A stretch of 64,000 nt of DNA from Azolla caroliniana (GCA_043228905.1 JBHGNT010000003.1:21886001-21950000), one strand, 5' to 3'. Positions 11,321-24,895 are shown, counted from the stretch's first letter. Program-made: numbers and translations. The notes: generated by a model from the sequence alone, not told the origin.

Positions 11321-14300
11321 CACAAAATGACTTTCTATTCAATAGAAAAGAATAATACAACCAACCTTACAAAAAGGTTACTAGGTCACTTTATATAGTG
11401 ACGACTTAGGGCAACTACCATTTATGCTAATTACACAAATGGCCCAAACTTGAGCTATACAAAGGGATAGTGTGAATACGTCCATTATACACTTGTATTC
11501 GACACTCCCCCGTAATGGGCGTATACATGGGTTATCTAAGATTACAGGTATAAACCTAGGTTCTCGGACATATCAGTTTTGTTCGAGTCGGCAGGGTCCG
11601 AAGGCAGAAGACCGGACTGGTCGGGTCGGAAGAGTTGAAGCCGATCATTAAGGAACTGATGTCGGTTGTCTGAAACCATCCTGCGCTGTGTCCGGCTCTA
11701 ACCGGACTGGTTTGTCATTACGCCCATCTGATGCCGAAGGGACCGAAAGCGGTCTGCCGAAAGACACTTGGTCATTCCATCTGCGACATTGTCGGTTGTG
11801 GATATTTTCTCTAGACCGATTTTCCCTGAAATGACGCAGTCCCGAACGAAGTGATATCGAACGTCGATATGTTTGGAGGCGTTGTGGTGAACCGGATTTC
11901 TCGACAAGGCAACAACACCTTGACTGTCGCTATAGACAACTGGGGCCGAGTCATGGTCGACTTGTCGGAACGTGTGCGCCAGCCGGCCGAGCCACAAAGC
12001 TTCTTTTGCAGTGTCGGACACAGCTACATATTCTGCTTCGGTCGTTGAGGTCGCTGTGCACTCCTGAAGTTTCGACTTCCACGAAATTGCTCCATTGCCG
12101 AATTTGAAGCAGTATCCAGTTGTTGATTTCCGACTGTCTATACAGCCGGCGAAGTCCGAGTCGGTGTAACCGACTACGCCTGAGGTTGAGTTTGGGCCGA
12201 AAAGAATGCCGTGGTCTTTTGTGCCAGCCAGATATTTGAACACATGCTTGACTGCGTTCCAATGCGATCGGCCAGGATTGTGCATAAATCTGCTAACGAC
12301 TCCTACGGCATGAGAAATATCAGGCCGTGTCGCGACCATCAGGTACATAAGGGAGCTGACTGCCGGTGCATACGGTACCGACTTCATATCTTCCCCCTCC
12401 GGACCGGATGTCGGGCAGTCTTGCTGAGAGAGCCGAAGATTCATGGGGAGCGGGGTTGAAGCAGATTTGGCTGATTGCATGTTGAAGCGTTCCAAGACAC
12501 GTCCGATATAGTCGGTTTGAGACAAAAAAAGATGTCGTTTATCGCGATGCCGACTAATCTTCATGCCAAGTATGTGTCGTGCCGGACCGAGGTCCTTCAT
12601 GGCAAACTTCAACCGCAATTGCCGAATGAGATCGGCAAGTTCGCCCGCGTGGCGTCCAGAAATTAGCATGTCGTCCACGTAAATGATGAGGAAGATGGGT
12701 GATCCATCTTGAGCTGTGTTGGTAAAAAGACAATGGTCCTCATCGCTTTTTGAGAAGCCGATCGATTGGATGAAGTCGTCGAACTTCTTGTACCATTGTC
12801 GCGGTGCCTGTTTGAGGCCGTATAGACTCTTCCTGAGTCGGCAGACTAGATGTTCTTGGCCAGTTGCCACGAAGCCTTTTGGCTGCTCCATATAAATTTC
12901 CTCGTCAAGATCACCATGGAGGAAGGCTGTTTTGACATCTAGCTGAATCAGCTCCAAGTTGTCGGCTGCCACTACGCCGAGTAGAAAACGAAGGGTTGTC
13001 ATTTTCACCACTGGTGAAAAAATCTCGTCGAAGTCGACGCCATATTCTTGTCGGAAGCCCTTCGCAACTAATCTGGCCTTGTACTTTGGGGTGGTCGAAT
13101 CAGACGTCTCTTTTAGTCGATAAACCCACTTGCAAGGAAGAGCACGTCGATTCTTAGGTAATTCGACCAGATCCCAAGTCTTGTTTGTCCGAATGGAGTG
13201 CATTTCCGACTCCATCGCCAGATGCCAGGTGGCTGAATCGACAGATGTCGATGCTTCTTCGTAAGACGTCGGTTCGCCGGCGTCGGTGAAGAAAATTCCA
13301 GGAGAATACCTCTCCGGAGGTTGCGACAGTCTCTCGGATTGTCGAGGTATGATTGGACTGGTCGCATCGGGTATCGAGGTCGGATGGTCCGAAAGCGAAT
13401 TATTCTGCTGTGCCGAGTCAGAGTTGTCCGAGTCGGTAGTGTAAGGTTCAGCTACCCATGAAGCTGACCGTGTGTTAAGAGCGGGGCCTTCTTGAAGGGT
13501 CGGCACATCGGAAAATGTTACCCTTCGGACTTCGATCGGTGTTTCGACTGATGGATTCATAGCCGACTCGTTGAACACAACGTCCGAACTTCGAACGATT
13601 TGTCTGCGTTCGGGGTCCCAGAGTCGGTATCCCATTTCGCCGTCTGATCCATATCCAAGGAAGATGCATTTCCTGGACCGAGGTGCAAGTTTTCAGCGAT
13701 CATCTTTCGGAATAAGGGCGTACGCCTCGCATCCGAAGATCCTCAGCTTGTCGTAATTCGGCTTACTGCCGATCCATAGTTCCTGAGGAATTTGAAGTCC
13801 TAGAGGTCTGCTTGGCGACATATTGATTATGTGTACTGCTGTAAGTAGAGCCTCTGCCCAGAAGCCATCCGACAGTCCGGAGTGTTGGAGCATGGAAACT
13901 ATCCGTTCTTGGATTGTCCGATTCATGCGTTCTGCAATCCCGTTTTGCTCCGGACTGCGTGGTGCCGTAAATTCACGTCGGATGCCGCGTTGTCGGCAGA
14001 ATTTGACGAATTCTTCTGATTTGAACTCTCCCCCATTGTCGGTCCGAAAGCATTTCAGTTTTCGGTCAGTTTGATTTTCTACCATAGCGAGCCAATCGGA
14101 GAAGATCGAGAAGACACGATCTTTGGTGCGAATTGGATAAGCCCACACCTTTCGAGTCGAATCGTCAATAAAACTGACGAAGTAAGAGGCACCGCCGAGA
14201 GACTGATGCAGCATTGGGCCACAGACGGCCGAGTGGACTAAATCGAGAGGTCTCGTTTCTCTTGGTGCTGATGTCGGGTGTGATGCGGCTGCTTGTTTGC

Positions 14301-16732
14301 CATACTGGCAATGGTCGCAGAATTGAGGGTCCGAGAAGGAGAGTTTAGGGATGTATCCGGCTCTAGATAGGTGCGTAATGCCGGCCTTGCTGAGGTGTCC
14401 TAATCTTCTGTGCCATAGTGATGACACAGGAATATCCACCAAAAACAGGTTACCCTCTCTGAGCGTAACATGTAACGGATACAATGAGTGTATCTTGGGT
14501 CCTCTAGCAAGCAGGAGGTTCCCCCTGTGGAGTGTCCACCCTCCCGAAGAAAAACCGGCACGAATGCCGTCTTCATCTAGTTGTCCGACTGAGATCAATG
14601 GCCTTGAGAGCTCGGGTACATGTCGGACATTGTGAAGTACAAGTGTAGAGCCACCTGCAAGGTTGAGCTCTACTGTGCCGATTCCAATGATGTCACAGTG
14701 TTGCGAGTTGTCGACTCGAACTGAGTCGGAGTGACGGATCGTATATTGCCGAAATTGGGATCGATGAGGAGTCACGTGAAATGACGCGCCCGAATCTAAG
14801 AGCCATGTGCTCGATTCTTCAGTCGTGAGCAGAACTTCTGATCCGATTGGATTTTCGATTGATAGTATATTCGGGTCGTTTGGTAGCACATCAGCTGAGA
14901 AGCTGACGTAATTGATCTCCTCATGCCGGCCACTCTTCTTGTCTGATTTCTGAGACTTGTCGTTCTTGTTCTTGAGTGCGCGGCAGTCGGCTTTGATGTG
15001 TCCGGGTTTCTTGCAATAGTTGCAGATTCGATTATCCCGTGACTGGCTCCGTCTTCTCTGATTGTTCGGCTGCCGTGAGGAATCTCTTCCTCGTATGTTC
15101 GATCGGTCTGTCGAACCTTGTACTACGTAAGCGTCGTCTGTTGAGTCTTTGGCGAAAGACTTTCTCCGAGCTGCTTCGGTCAGGATTGCGCTCGTGACTT
15201 CGGAGTATTTAACAGCCGTGGTTGACGCGTTGCACACGGTTGTGACGAAAGTTTCCCATGATGAGGGAAGGCTGCTCATGAGTATCATTGCTCTGAGTTC
15301 ATCCTCGATTGCCGTCCCCTGAGATGAGATTTGGGAGCTTATGCTTTCGTACTCATTGAGATGTGCTTGAACCGAATCGGATTCTTTCATCCGCAAGTTG
15401 TAGAGGTGCCGGATCAGAAACATCTTCGTTGCGGCGACCTTCTTTTCGTAAGTGTCCGACAGTGTTTTCCACAGTTCGAATGTTGTCGTACACGATTGCA
15501 CCGTAAAGTATACCGATTCCGATAGGTGCATCCGAATCGTGGCGCGGACGATTCTGTCCAGCTTCTGCCACTCAATTGGTTTGTATCCTTCTGGAGGTTC
15601 TTCATTTTCGATGGGATCGATTTGCCCCTTGACTATGAGATAGTCCTGCATTTGCTCTTTCCAGAAGTTGAAGTTCGATCCATCGAACTTTCGTAGACTC
15701 ATTTCTGATGAGCCGGATGTTGATGCCATCAAATTTGGTTTCGGTTGATGAGGCTCGGTTCGGAGTTGACTACGAACCTTGTTGGAGTGCAGCCGGTTGG
15801 CTCACCCGATATCGTTCTAGTCGGATTTGAACCCGAGTCGGTTCGGCTTCGGATATATGTATTGTTGAACTTGCTCGAATTGACTCCGGTAACTTGAGGG
15901 ACAGAACCGACTGGTCTTCCCGAATGTTGCCGAGTCGGAGTGAGCCCGGTTCGCTTCCGAATATATATGCCAAATACCGATTATTAAAACCGATTGTCTG
16001 AACCGATTCTGCTTCGGGTGACTGCAGCGACGAGAGAGACGGATCCAACTGATCCTCCCGAATGTCGATCAGCCGGATGAAGCACGAATTGGGGTTGTTG
16101 TCTTGAGACCGATCTGCACCGAGTGGTTACAATGAGCGGCGAGCAGCGTTTGATGACCTCTTCGGATGCCGTTTAACCGAGTGGAGCACGATCGTGTCAA
16201 TGTTGCACAAGGGGATTTCACCTCGAGCGGTTACGATCACAAGGAACAGAGTACAACCGGCTGGCTTACTCCAAGCGAAGATGATCTAACGCGATGAGAT
16301 GCAAGCCTCGTTTTTTCTTCTTCTTCTCTCTTCTTCGAATGACGCAAGAAACCGAATGTTGTGCAGGCTGAGACGACGGCCGACAGCGGGTTGAAGGACC
16401 GAATACTGTGCAGGCTCTGATACCAAATGTTGGGGACAAAGGCCGTCAATGCGGAAGATCAAATAGCATTCGATTCGTGTTGAGTACCTGCGTATGACAG
16501 TTTGCAAGATCGTGCACAGAGACTGAGAGAGAGAGAGAGAGAGAGAGGCACAAAATGACTTTCTATTCAATAGAAAAGAATAATACAACCAACCTTACAA
16601 AAAGGTTACTAAGTCACTTTATATAGTGACGACTTAGGGCAACTACCATTTATGCTAATTAGACAAATGGCCCAAACTTGAGCTATACAAAGGGATAGTG
16701 TGAATACGTCCATTATACACTTGTATTCGACA
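11172..16732 (-). mobile_element. Full-length Ty1/copia LTR retrotransposon inserted in the tRNA array
   Basis: LTRs at 11172-11504 and 16428-16732 differ mainly in (GA)n length; TSD TATAC (11167-11171, 16733-16737); iMet PBS at 16414-16425; PPT at 11505-11511. Confidence 0.97.
11698..15732 (-). pseudogene. Copia gag-pol polyprotein with a single in-frame stop
   Basis: ORFs 13693-15732 (gag, CCHC knuckle, DSGAS protease, integrase) and 11698-13635 (RT YVDD, RNase H) share one frame, separated by TGA at 13693-13695; integrase reads VHSAVCGP, lacking the usual Asp. Confidence 0.92.
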
Positions 16733-17148
16733 TATACCACCAAGTGTCTTCGCTCCTATAGCTCAATGGACTTCTTAAGAGAAATGAAGTCTTGAGTTCA
16801 ATCCTAAGTAGGCGCATATGTCAATAACGTGTTCTGTCATCTGTTGACAACACTTTCAATGCTATAAAAAGTATCTTGTAAGAGCTTTTGTAGAAAGTTA
16901 TGTTCTACCCTTAGTGGGGGCATATGTTCAAAAGTGAGTTTTTGTATACCTTGACGCATTGACTAATAAGGAACAAGCAAGATTGTTGGTTGAGTCTTGT
17001 GTTCAATCCTCCATAGGACCATATGTCAACAAGAACATAAGCCTGCAAACAGTAATATATTATTAAGGTAGAACATCATACAATGTCAACAACGAGTGCG
17101 ATCTTAAATAAATCAACAAATAGATAAAGGCATGTACAAAAATCCATA

Positions 17149-17220
17149 GCCTCTATAGCTTAGTGGTAGAGCGTCAGTCTTGTAAACTAAAGGTCTTGAG
17201 TTCAATCCTCAGTGGGGGCA
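17149..17220 (+). tRNA. tRNA-Thr(UGU) variant
   Basis: 72 nt; D-stem C>T and an anticodon-stem mismatch (ACTAA). Confidence 0.55.
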
Positions 17221-17635
17221 TATGTCAACAAGTGTCTTCGCTTCTATAGCTCAATGGTCTTGTTAATTGAAATGAAGTCTTGAGTTCAATCCTAAGTACG
17301 CGCATATTTCAATAATGTATTCTGTCATCTGTTTACAACACTTTCAGTTCTCTAAAAAGTATCTTGTCAGAGCTTTTGTAGAAGGTTAAGTTCTACCCTT
17401 AGTGGGGGCATATGTTCAAAAGTGTGTTTTTGTATACCTTGTCACATTGACTAATCAGCAACAAGCAAGATTGTTGGTTGAGTCTTGCGTTCAATCCTCC
17501 ATAGGGCCATTTGTCATGAAGAACGTAAGCGTGCAAACAATACCATATTATTAACGTTGAACGTCATAAAATGTCAACAACGAGTGCGATCTTAAATAAA
17601 TTAACAAATACACAAAGACATCTACAAATACCATA

Positions 17636-17707
17636 GCCTCTATAGCTCAGTGGTAGAGCGTCAGTCTTGTAAACCGAAGGTCTTGAGTTCAATCCTCAGT
17701 GGGGGCA
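17636..17707 (+). tRNA. tRNA-Thr(UGU) variant
   Basis: One anticodon-stem mismatch (ACCGA). Confidence 0.6.
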
Positions 17708-18114
17708 ACAAGTGTCTTCGCTACTATAGCTCAGTCGTCTTCTTAAGTGAAATGAAGTATTGAGTTCAATTCTAAGTACGCGCATACGTCAATAATGTTC
17801 TGTCATCTATTGACAACACTTTCAGTGCTCTAAAAAGTATCTTGTCAGAGCTTTCGTAGAAGGTTATGTTCTACCCTTACTGGGGGCATATGTTCAAAAG
17901 TGTTCTTTTGTATACCTTGACACATTGACTAATAAGCAACAAGCAAGATTGTTGGCTGAATCTTGCGTTCAATCCTCCATAGGGCCATAAGTCGTCAAGA
18001 ACATAAGCGTGCAAACCGTAACATATTATTAAGGTTGAACATCATAAAATGTCAACAATGAGTGCGATCTTAAATATATCAACAAATAGATAAAGCCATC
18101 TATGATAATACATA

Positions 18115-18186
18115 GCCTCTATAGCTCAATGGTAGAGCGTCAGTCTTGTAAACTAAAGGTCTTGAGTTCAATCCTCAGTGGGGGCA
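18115..18186 (+). tRNA. tRNA-Thr(UGU) variant
   Basis: D-loop G>A and an anticodon-stem mismatch (ACTAA). Confidence 0.55.
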
Positions 18187-18602
18187 TATGTCAACAAGTG
18201 TCTTCGCTTCTATAGCTCAATGGTCTTGCTAAGTGAAATGAAGTTTTGAATTCAATCCTAAGTAGGCACATATTTCAATAATGTATTTTGTCATCTGTTT
18301 ACAACACTTTCAATGTTCAAAAAAGCATCTTGTAAGAGCTTTTGTAGAAGGTTAAGTTCTACCCTTAGTAAGGGCATATGTTCAAAAGTATGTTTTTGTA
18401 TACCTTGACGCATTGACTAATAAGGAACAAGAAAGATTGTTGGTTTAGTCTTGCGTTCAATCCTCCATGGGGCACTTTGTCATGAAGAACGTAAGCGTGC
18501 AAACAATACCATATTATTAAGCTTGAACATCATAAAATGTCAACAACGAGTGCAATCTTAAATAAATCAACAAATACATAAAGACATCTATGAAAATCCA
18601 TA

Positions 18603-18674
18603 GCCTCTATAGCTCAGTGGTAGAGCGTCAGTCTTGTAAACTGAAGGTCTTGAGTTCAATCCTCAGTGGGGGCA
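18603..18674 (+). tRNA. tRNA-Thr(UGU), consensus copy
   Basis: GCCTCTA-TA-GCTC-AGTGGTA-GAGC-G-TCAGT-CTTGTAA-ACTGA-AGGTC-TTGAG-TTCAATC-CTCAG-TGGGGGC-A gives a full cloverleaf with anticodon TGT and A/B boxes. Confidence 0.85.
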
Positions 18675-19090
18675 TATGTCAACAAGTGTCTTCGCTTCTA
18701 TAGCTCAATGGTCTTGTTAAGTGAAATGAGGTCTTGAGTTCAATCCTCAGTAGGCGCATATTTCAATAATGTGTTCTGTCATTTGTTTACAACACTTTCA
18801 GTTCTGTAAAAAGCATCTTGGAAGAGCTTTTGTAGAAGGTTAAGTTCTACCCTTAGTGGGGGCATATGTTCAAAAGTGTGTTTTTGTATACCTTGACGCA
18901 TTGACTAATAAGGAACAAGCAAGATTGTTGGTTGAGTCTTGCGTTCAATCCTCCATGGGGCCATATGTCATGAAGAACGTAAGCGTGCAAACAATACCAT
19001 ATTATTAACGTTGAACGTCATAAAATGTCAACAACCAGTGGGATCTTAAATAAATCAACAAATAGATAAAGACATCTACGAAAATCCATA

Positions 19091-19162
19091 GCCTCTATAG
19101 CTTAGTGGTAGAGCGTCAGTCTTGTAAACTGAAGGTCTTGATTTCAATCTTCAGTGGGGACA
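19091..19162 (+). pseudogene. tRNA-Thr(UGU) damaged copy
   Basis: B-box G53>T plus T-stem and acceptor-stem changes. Confidence 0.7.
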
Positions 19163-19569
19163 ACAAGTGTCTTCGTTTCTATAGCTCAGTCGTCTTCTTA
19201 AGTGAAATGAAGTATTGAGTTCAATTCTAAGTACGCGCATACGTCAATAATGTTCTGTCATCTATTGACAACATTTTCAGTGCTCTAAAAAGTATCTTGT
19301 CACAGCTTTCGTAGAAGGTTATGTTCTACCCTTAGTGGCGGAATATGTTCAAAAGTGTTCTTTTGTATACCTTGATACATTGACTAATAAGCAACAAGCA
19401 AGATTGTTGGCTGAATCTTGCGTTCAATCCTCCATAGGGCCATAAGTCATCAAGAACATAAGCGTGCAAACTGTAATATATTATTAAGCTTGAACATCAT
19501 AAAATGTCAAGAACGAGTGCGATCTTAAATATATCAACAAATAGATAAAGACATCTACGAAAATACATA

Positions 19570-19641
19570 GCCTCTATAGCTCAGTGGTAGAGCGTCAGTC
19601 TTGTAAACTGAAGGTCTTGAGTTCAATCCTCAGTGGGGGCA
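19570..19641 (+). tRNA. tRNA-Thr(UGU), consensus copy
   Basis: Identical to the 18603 copy. Confidence 0.85.
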
Positions 19642-20057
19642 TATGTCAACAAGTGTCTTCGCTTCTATAGCTCAATGGTCTTGCTAAGTGAACTAAAGTT
19701 TTGAATTCAATCCTAAGTAGGCACATATTTCAATAATGTATTTTGTCATCTGTTTACAACACTTTCAATGTTCTAAAAAGCATCTTGTAAGAGCTTTTGT
19801 AGAAGGTTAAGTTCTACCCTTAGTGGGGGCATATGTTCAAAAGTATGTTTTTGTATACCTTGACGCATTGACTAATAAGGAACAAGAAAGATTGTTGGTT
19901 TAGTCTTGCGTTCAATCCTCCATGGGGCAATTTGTCATGAAGAACGTAAGCGTGCAAACAATACCATATTATTAAGCTTGAACATCATAAAATGTCAACA
20001 ACGAGTGCAATCTTAAATAAATCAACAAATACATAAAGACATCTATGAAAATCCATA

Positions 20058-20129
20058 GCCTCTATAGCTCAGTGGTAGAGCGCCAGTCTTGTAAACTGAA
20101 GGTCTTGAGTTCAATCCTCAGTGGGGGCA
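20058..20129 (+). tRNA. tRNA-Thr(UGU) variant
   Basis: Single T27>C at the top of the anticodon stem. Confidence 0.7.
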
Positions 20130-20544
20130 TATGTCAACAAGTGTCTTCGCTTCTATAGCTCAATGGTCTTGTTAATTGAAATGAAGTCTTGAGTTCAATC
20201 CTGAGTAGGCGCATATTTCAATAATGTGTTCTGTTATCTATTTACAACACTTTCAGTTCTGTAAAAAGCATCTTGTAAGAGCTTTTGTAGAACGTTAAGT
20301 TCTACCCTTAGTGGGGGCATATGTTCAAAAATGGTTTTTGTATACCTTGACGCATTGACTAATAAGGAACAAGCAAGATTGTTGGTTGAGTCTTGCGTTC
20401 AATCCTCCATGGGGCCATATGTCATGAAGAACATAAGCGTGCAAACAATACCATATTATTAACGTTGAACGTCATAAAATGTCAACAACGAGTGCGATCT
20501 TAAATAAATCAACAAATACATAAAGACATCTACGAAAATCCATA

Positions 20545-20616
20545 GCCTCTATAGCTTAGTGGTAGAGCGTCAGTCTTGTAAACTGAAGGTCTTGATTTCA
20601 ATCTTTAGTGGGGGCA
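20545..20616 (+). pseudogene. tRNA-Thr(UGU) damaged copy
   Basis: G53>T and a disrupted T stem. Confidence 0.7.
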
Positions 20617-21023
20617 ACAAGTGTCTTCGCTTCTATAGCTCAGTCGTCTTCTTAAGTGAAATGAAGTATTGAGTTCAATTCTAAGTACGCGCATACGTCA
20701 ATAATGTTCTGTCATCTATTGACAACATTTTCAGTGCTCTAAAAAGTATCTTGTCAGAGCTTTCGTAGAAAGTTATGTTCTACCCTTAGTGGCGGAATAT
20801 GTTCAAAAGTGTTCTTTTGTATACCTTGACACATTGACTAATAAGCAACAAGCAAGATTGTTGCCTGAATCTTGCGTTCAATCCTCCATAGGGCCATAAG
20901 TCATCAAGAACATAAGCGTGCAAACCGTAATATATTATTAAGCTTGAACATCATAAAATGTCAACAACGAGTGCGATCTTAAATATATCAACAAATAGAT
21001 AAAGATATCTAGGAAAATATGTA

Positions 21024-21095
21024 GCCTCTATAGCTCAGTGGTAGAGCGTCATTCTTGTAAACTGAAGGTCTTGAGTTCAATCCTCAGTGGGGGCA
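21024..21095 (+). tRNA. tRNA-Thr(UGU) variant
   Basis: One anticodon-stem mismatch (TCATT). Confidence 0.6.
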
Positions 21096-21511
21096 TATGT
21101 CAACAAGTGTCTTCGCTTCTATAGCTCAATGGTCTTGCTAAGTGAAATGAAGTTTTGAATTCAATCCTAAGTAGGCACATATTTCAATAATGTATTTTGT
21201 CATCTGTTTACAACACTTTCAATGTTCTAAAAAGCATCTTGTAAAAGCTTTTGTAGAAGGTTAAGTTCTACCCTTAGTTGGGGCATATGTTCAAAAGTAT
21301 GTTTTTGTATACCTTGACGCATTGACTAATAAGGAACAAGAAAGATTGTTGGTTCAGTCTTGCGTTCAATCCTCCATGGGGCAATTTGTCATGAAGAACG
21401 TAAGCGTGCAAACAATACCATATTATTAAGCTTGAACATCATAAAATGTCAACAACGAGTGCAATCTTAAATAAATCAACAAATACATAAAGACATCTAC
21501 GAAAATACATA

Positions 21512-21583
21512 GCCTCTATAGCTCAGTGGTAGAGCGTCAGTCTTGTAAACTGAAGGTCTTGAGTTCAATCCTCAGTGGGGGCA
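21512..21583 (+). tRNA. tRNA-Thr(UGU), consensus copy
   Basis: Identical to the 18603 copy. Confidence 0.85.
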
Positions 21584-21999
21584 TATGTCAACAAGTGTCT
21601 TCGCTTCTATAGCTCAATGGTCTTGTTAAGTGAAATGAAGTCTTGAGTTCAATCCTGAGTAGGCGCATATTTCAATAATTTGTTCTGTCATCTATTTACA
21701 ACACTTTCAGTGCTCTAAAAAGCATCTTGCAAGAGCTTTTGTAGAAGGTTAAGTTCTACCCTTAGTGGGGGCATATGTTCAAAAGTGTGTTTTTGTATGC
21801 CTTGACACATTGACTAATAAGGAACAAGCAAGATTGTTGGTTTTGTCTTGCGTTCAATCCTCCATGGGGCCATATGTCATGAAGAACGTAAGCGTGCAAA
21901 CAATACCATATTATTAACGTTGAAAGTCATAAAATGTCAACAACGAGTGGGATCTTAAATAAATCAACAAATAGATAAAGACATCTACGAAAATCCATA

Positions 22000-22071
22000 G
22001 CTTCTATAGCTCAGTGGTAGAGCGTTAGTCTTGTAAACTAAAGGTCTTGATTTCAATCTTCAGTGGGGGCA
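22000..22071 (+). pseudogene. tRNA-Thr(UGU) damaged copy
   Basis: G53>T, C61>T and other changes. Confidence 0.7.
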
Positions 22072-22479
22072 ACAAGTGTCTTCGCTTCTATAGCTCAATG
22101 GTATTGTTAAGTGAAATGAAGTCTTGAGTTCAATCCTAAGTAGGCGCATAATTCAATAATGTGTTCTGTTATCTGTTTACAACACTTTCAGTTCTGTAAA
22201 AAGCATCTTGTAAGAGCTTTTGTAGAACGTTAAGTTCTACCCTTAGTGGGGGCATATGTTCAAAAATGGTTTTTGTATACCTTGACGCATTGACTAATAA
22301 GGAACAAGCAAGATTGTTGGTTGAGTCTTGCGTTCAATCCTCCATGGGGCCATATGTCATGAAGAACATAAGCGTGCAAACAATACCATATTATTAACGT
22401 TGAACGTCATAAAATGTCAACAACGAGTGCGATCTTAAATAAATCAACAAATAGATAAAGACATCTACGAAAATCCATA

Positions 22480-22551
22480 GCCTCTATAGCTCAGTGGTAG
22501 AGCGTCAGTCTTGTAAACTGAAGGTCTTGATTTCAATCTTCAGTGGGGGCA
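22480..22551 (+). pseudogene. tRNA-Thr(UGU) damaged copy
   Basis: G53>T and C61>T in the T arm/B box. Confidence 0.65.
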
Positions 22552-22958
22552 ACAAGTGTCTTCGCTTCTATAGCTCAGTCGTCTTCTTAAGTGAAATGAA
22601 GTATTGAGTTCAATTCTAAGTACGCGCATACGTCAATAATGTTCTGTCATCTATTGACAACATTTTCAGTGCTCTAAAAAGTATCTTGTCAGAGCTTTCG
22701 TAGAAGGTTATGTTCTACCCTTAGTGGCGGAATATGTTCAAAAGTGTTCTTTTGTATACCTTGACACATTGACTAATAAGCAACAAGCAAGATTGTTGGC
22801 TGAATCTTGCGTTCAATCCTTCATAGGGCCATAAGTCATCAAGAACATAAGCGTGCAAACCGTAATATATTATTAAGCTTGAACATCATAAAATGTCAAC
22901 AACGAGTGCGATCTTAAATATATCAACAAATAGATAAAGACATCTACGAAAATACATA

Positions 22959-23030
22959 GCCTCTATAGCTCAGTGGTAGAGCGTCAGTCTTGTAAACTGA
23001 AGGTCTTGAGTTCAATCCTCAGTGGGGGCA
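22959..23030 (+). tRNA. tRNA-Thr(UGU), consensus copy
   Basis: Identical to the 18603 copy. Confidence 0.85.
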
Positions 23031-23446
23031 TATGTCAACAAGTGTCTTCGCTTCTATAGCTCAATGGTCTTGCTAAGTGAAATGAAGTTTTGAATTCAAT
23101 CCTAAGTAGTCACATATTTCAATAATGTATTTTGTCATCTTTTTACAACACTTTCAATGTTCTAAAAAGCATCTTGTAAGAGCTTTTGTAGAAGGTTAAG
23201 TTCTACCCTTAGTGGGGGCATATGTTCAAAAGTATGTTTTTGTATACCTTGACGCATTGACTAATAAGGAAGAAGAAAGATTGTTGGTTTAGTCTTGCGT
23301 TCAATCCTCCATGGGGCAATTTGTCATCAAGAACATAACCGTGCAAACCGTAATATATTATTAAGCTTGAACATCATAAAATGTCAACAACGAGTGCGAT
23401 CTTAAATATATCAACAAATAGATAAAGACATCTACGAAAATACATA

Positions 23447-23518
23447 GCCTCTATAGCTCAGTGGTAGAGCGTCAGTCTTGTAAACTGAAGGTCTTGAGTT
23501 CAATCCTCAGTGGGGGCA
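23447..23518 (+). tRNA. tRNA-Thr(UGU), consensus copy
   Basis: Identical to the 18603 copy. Confidence 0.85.
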
Positions 23519-23934
23519 TATGTCAACAAGTGTCTTCGCTTCTATAGCTCAATGGTCTTGCTAAGTGAAATGAAGTTTTGAATTCAATCCTAAGTAGGCA
23601 CATATTTCAATAATGTATTTTGTCATCTGTTTACAACACTTTCAATGTTCTAAAAAGCATCTTGTAAGAGCTTTTGTAGAAGGTTAAGTTCTACCCTTAG
23701 TGGGGGCATATGTTCAAAAGTGTGTTTTTGTATGCCTTGACACATTGACTAATAAGGAACAAGCAAGATTGTTGGTTTTGTCTTGCGTTCAATCCTCCAT
23801 GCGGCCATATGTCATGAAGAACGTAAGCGTGCAAACAATACCATATTATTAACGTTGAACGTCATAAAATGTCAACAACGAGTGGGATCTTAAATAAATC
23901 AACAAATAGATAAAGACATCTACGAAAATCCATA

Positions 23935-24006
23935 GCTTCTATAGTTCAGTGGTAGAGCGTCAGTCTTGTAAACTAAAGGTCTTGATTTCAATCCTCAGTG
24001 GGGGCA
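23935..24006 (+). pseudogene. tRNA-Thr(UGU) damaged copy
   Basis: G53>T, an anticodon-stem mismatch and D-stem change. Confidence 0.7.
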
Positions 24007-24414
24007 ACAAGTGTCTTCGCTTCTATAGCTCAATGGTATTGTTAAGTGAAATGAAGTCTTGAGTTCAATCCTAAGTAGGCGCATAATTCAATAATGTGTT
24101 CTGTTATCTGTTTACAACAGTTTCAGTTCTGTAAAAAGCATCTTGTAAGAGCTTTTGTAGAAGGTTAAGTTCTACCCTTAGTGGGGGCATATGTTCAAAA
24201 ATGGTTTTTGTATACCTTGACGCATTGACTAATAAGGAACAAGCAAGATTGTTGGTTGAGTCTTGCGTTCAATCCTCCATGGGGCCATATGTCATGAAGA
24301 ACATAAGCGTGCAAACAATACCATATTATTAACGTTGAACGTCAAAAAATGTCAACAACGAGTGCGATCTTAAATAAATCAACAAATAGATAAAGACATC
24401 TACGAAAATCCATA

Positions 24415-24486
24415 GCTTCTATAGCTCAGTGGTAGAGCGTCAGTCTTGTAAACTAAAGGTCTTGATTTCAATCCTCAGTGGGGGCA
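24415..24486 (+). pseudogene. tRNA-Thr(UGU) damaged copy
   Basis: G53>T and an anticodon-stem mismatch. Confidence 0.65.
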
Positions 24487-24895
24487 ACAAGTGTCTTCGC
24501 TTCTATAGCTCAATGGTATTGTTAAGTGAAATGAAGTCTTGAGTTCAATCCTAAGTAGGCGCATAATTCAATAATGTGTTCTGTTATCTGTTTACAACAC
24601 TTTCAGTTCTGTAAAAAGCATCTTGTAAGAGCTTTTGTAGAAGGTTATGTTCTACCCTTAGTGGCGGAATATGTTCAAAAGTGTTCTTTTGTATACCTTG
24701 ACACATTGACTAATAAGCAACAAGCAAGATTGTTGCCTGAATCTTGCGTTCAATCCTCCATAGGGCCATAAGTCATCAAGAACATAAGCGTGCAAACCGT
24801 AATATATTATTAAGCTTGAACATCATAAAATGTCAACAACGAGTGCGATCTTAAATATATCAACAAATAGATAAAGACATCTACGAAAATACATA

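Noticed and set aside
13693-13695. Programmed stop-codon readthrough in the minus-strand copia
   Set aside because: TGA lies within the integrase C-terminal region and fits CGA>TGA deamination; not a known readthrough position
24574-24771. 65-aa ORF in the array
   Set aside because: Chance open frame in a chimeric monomer; the same frame is closed in other monomers
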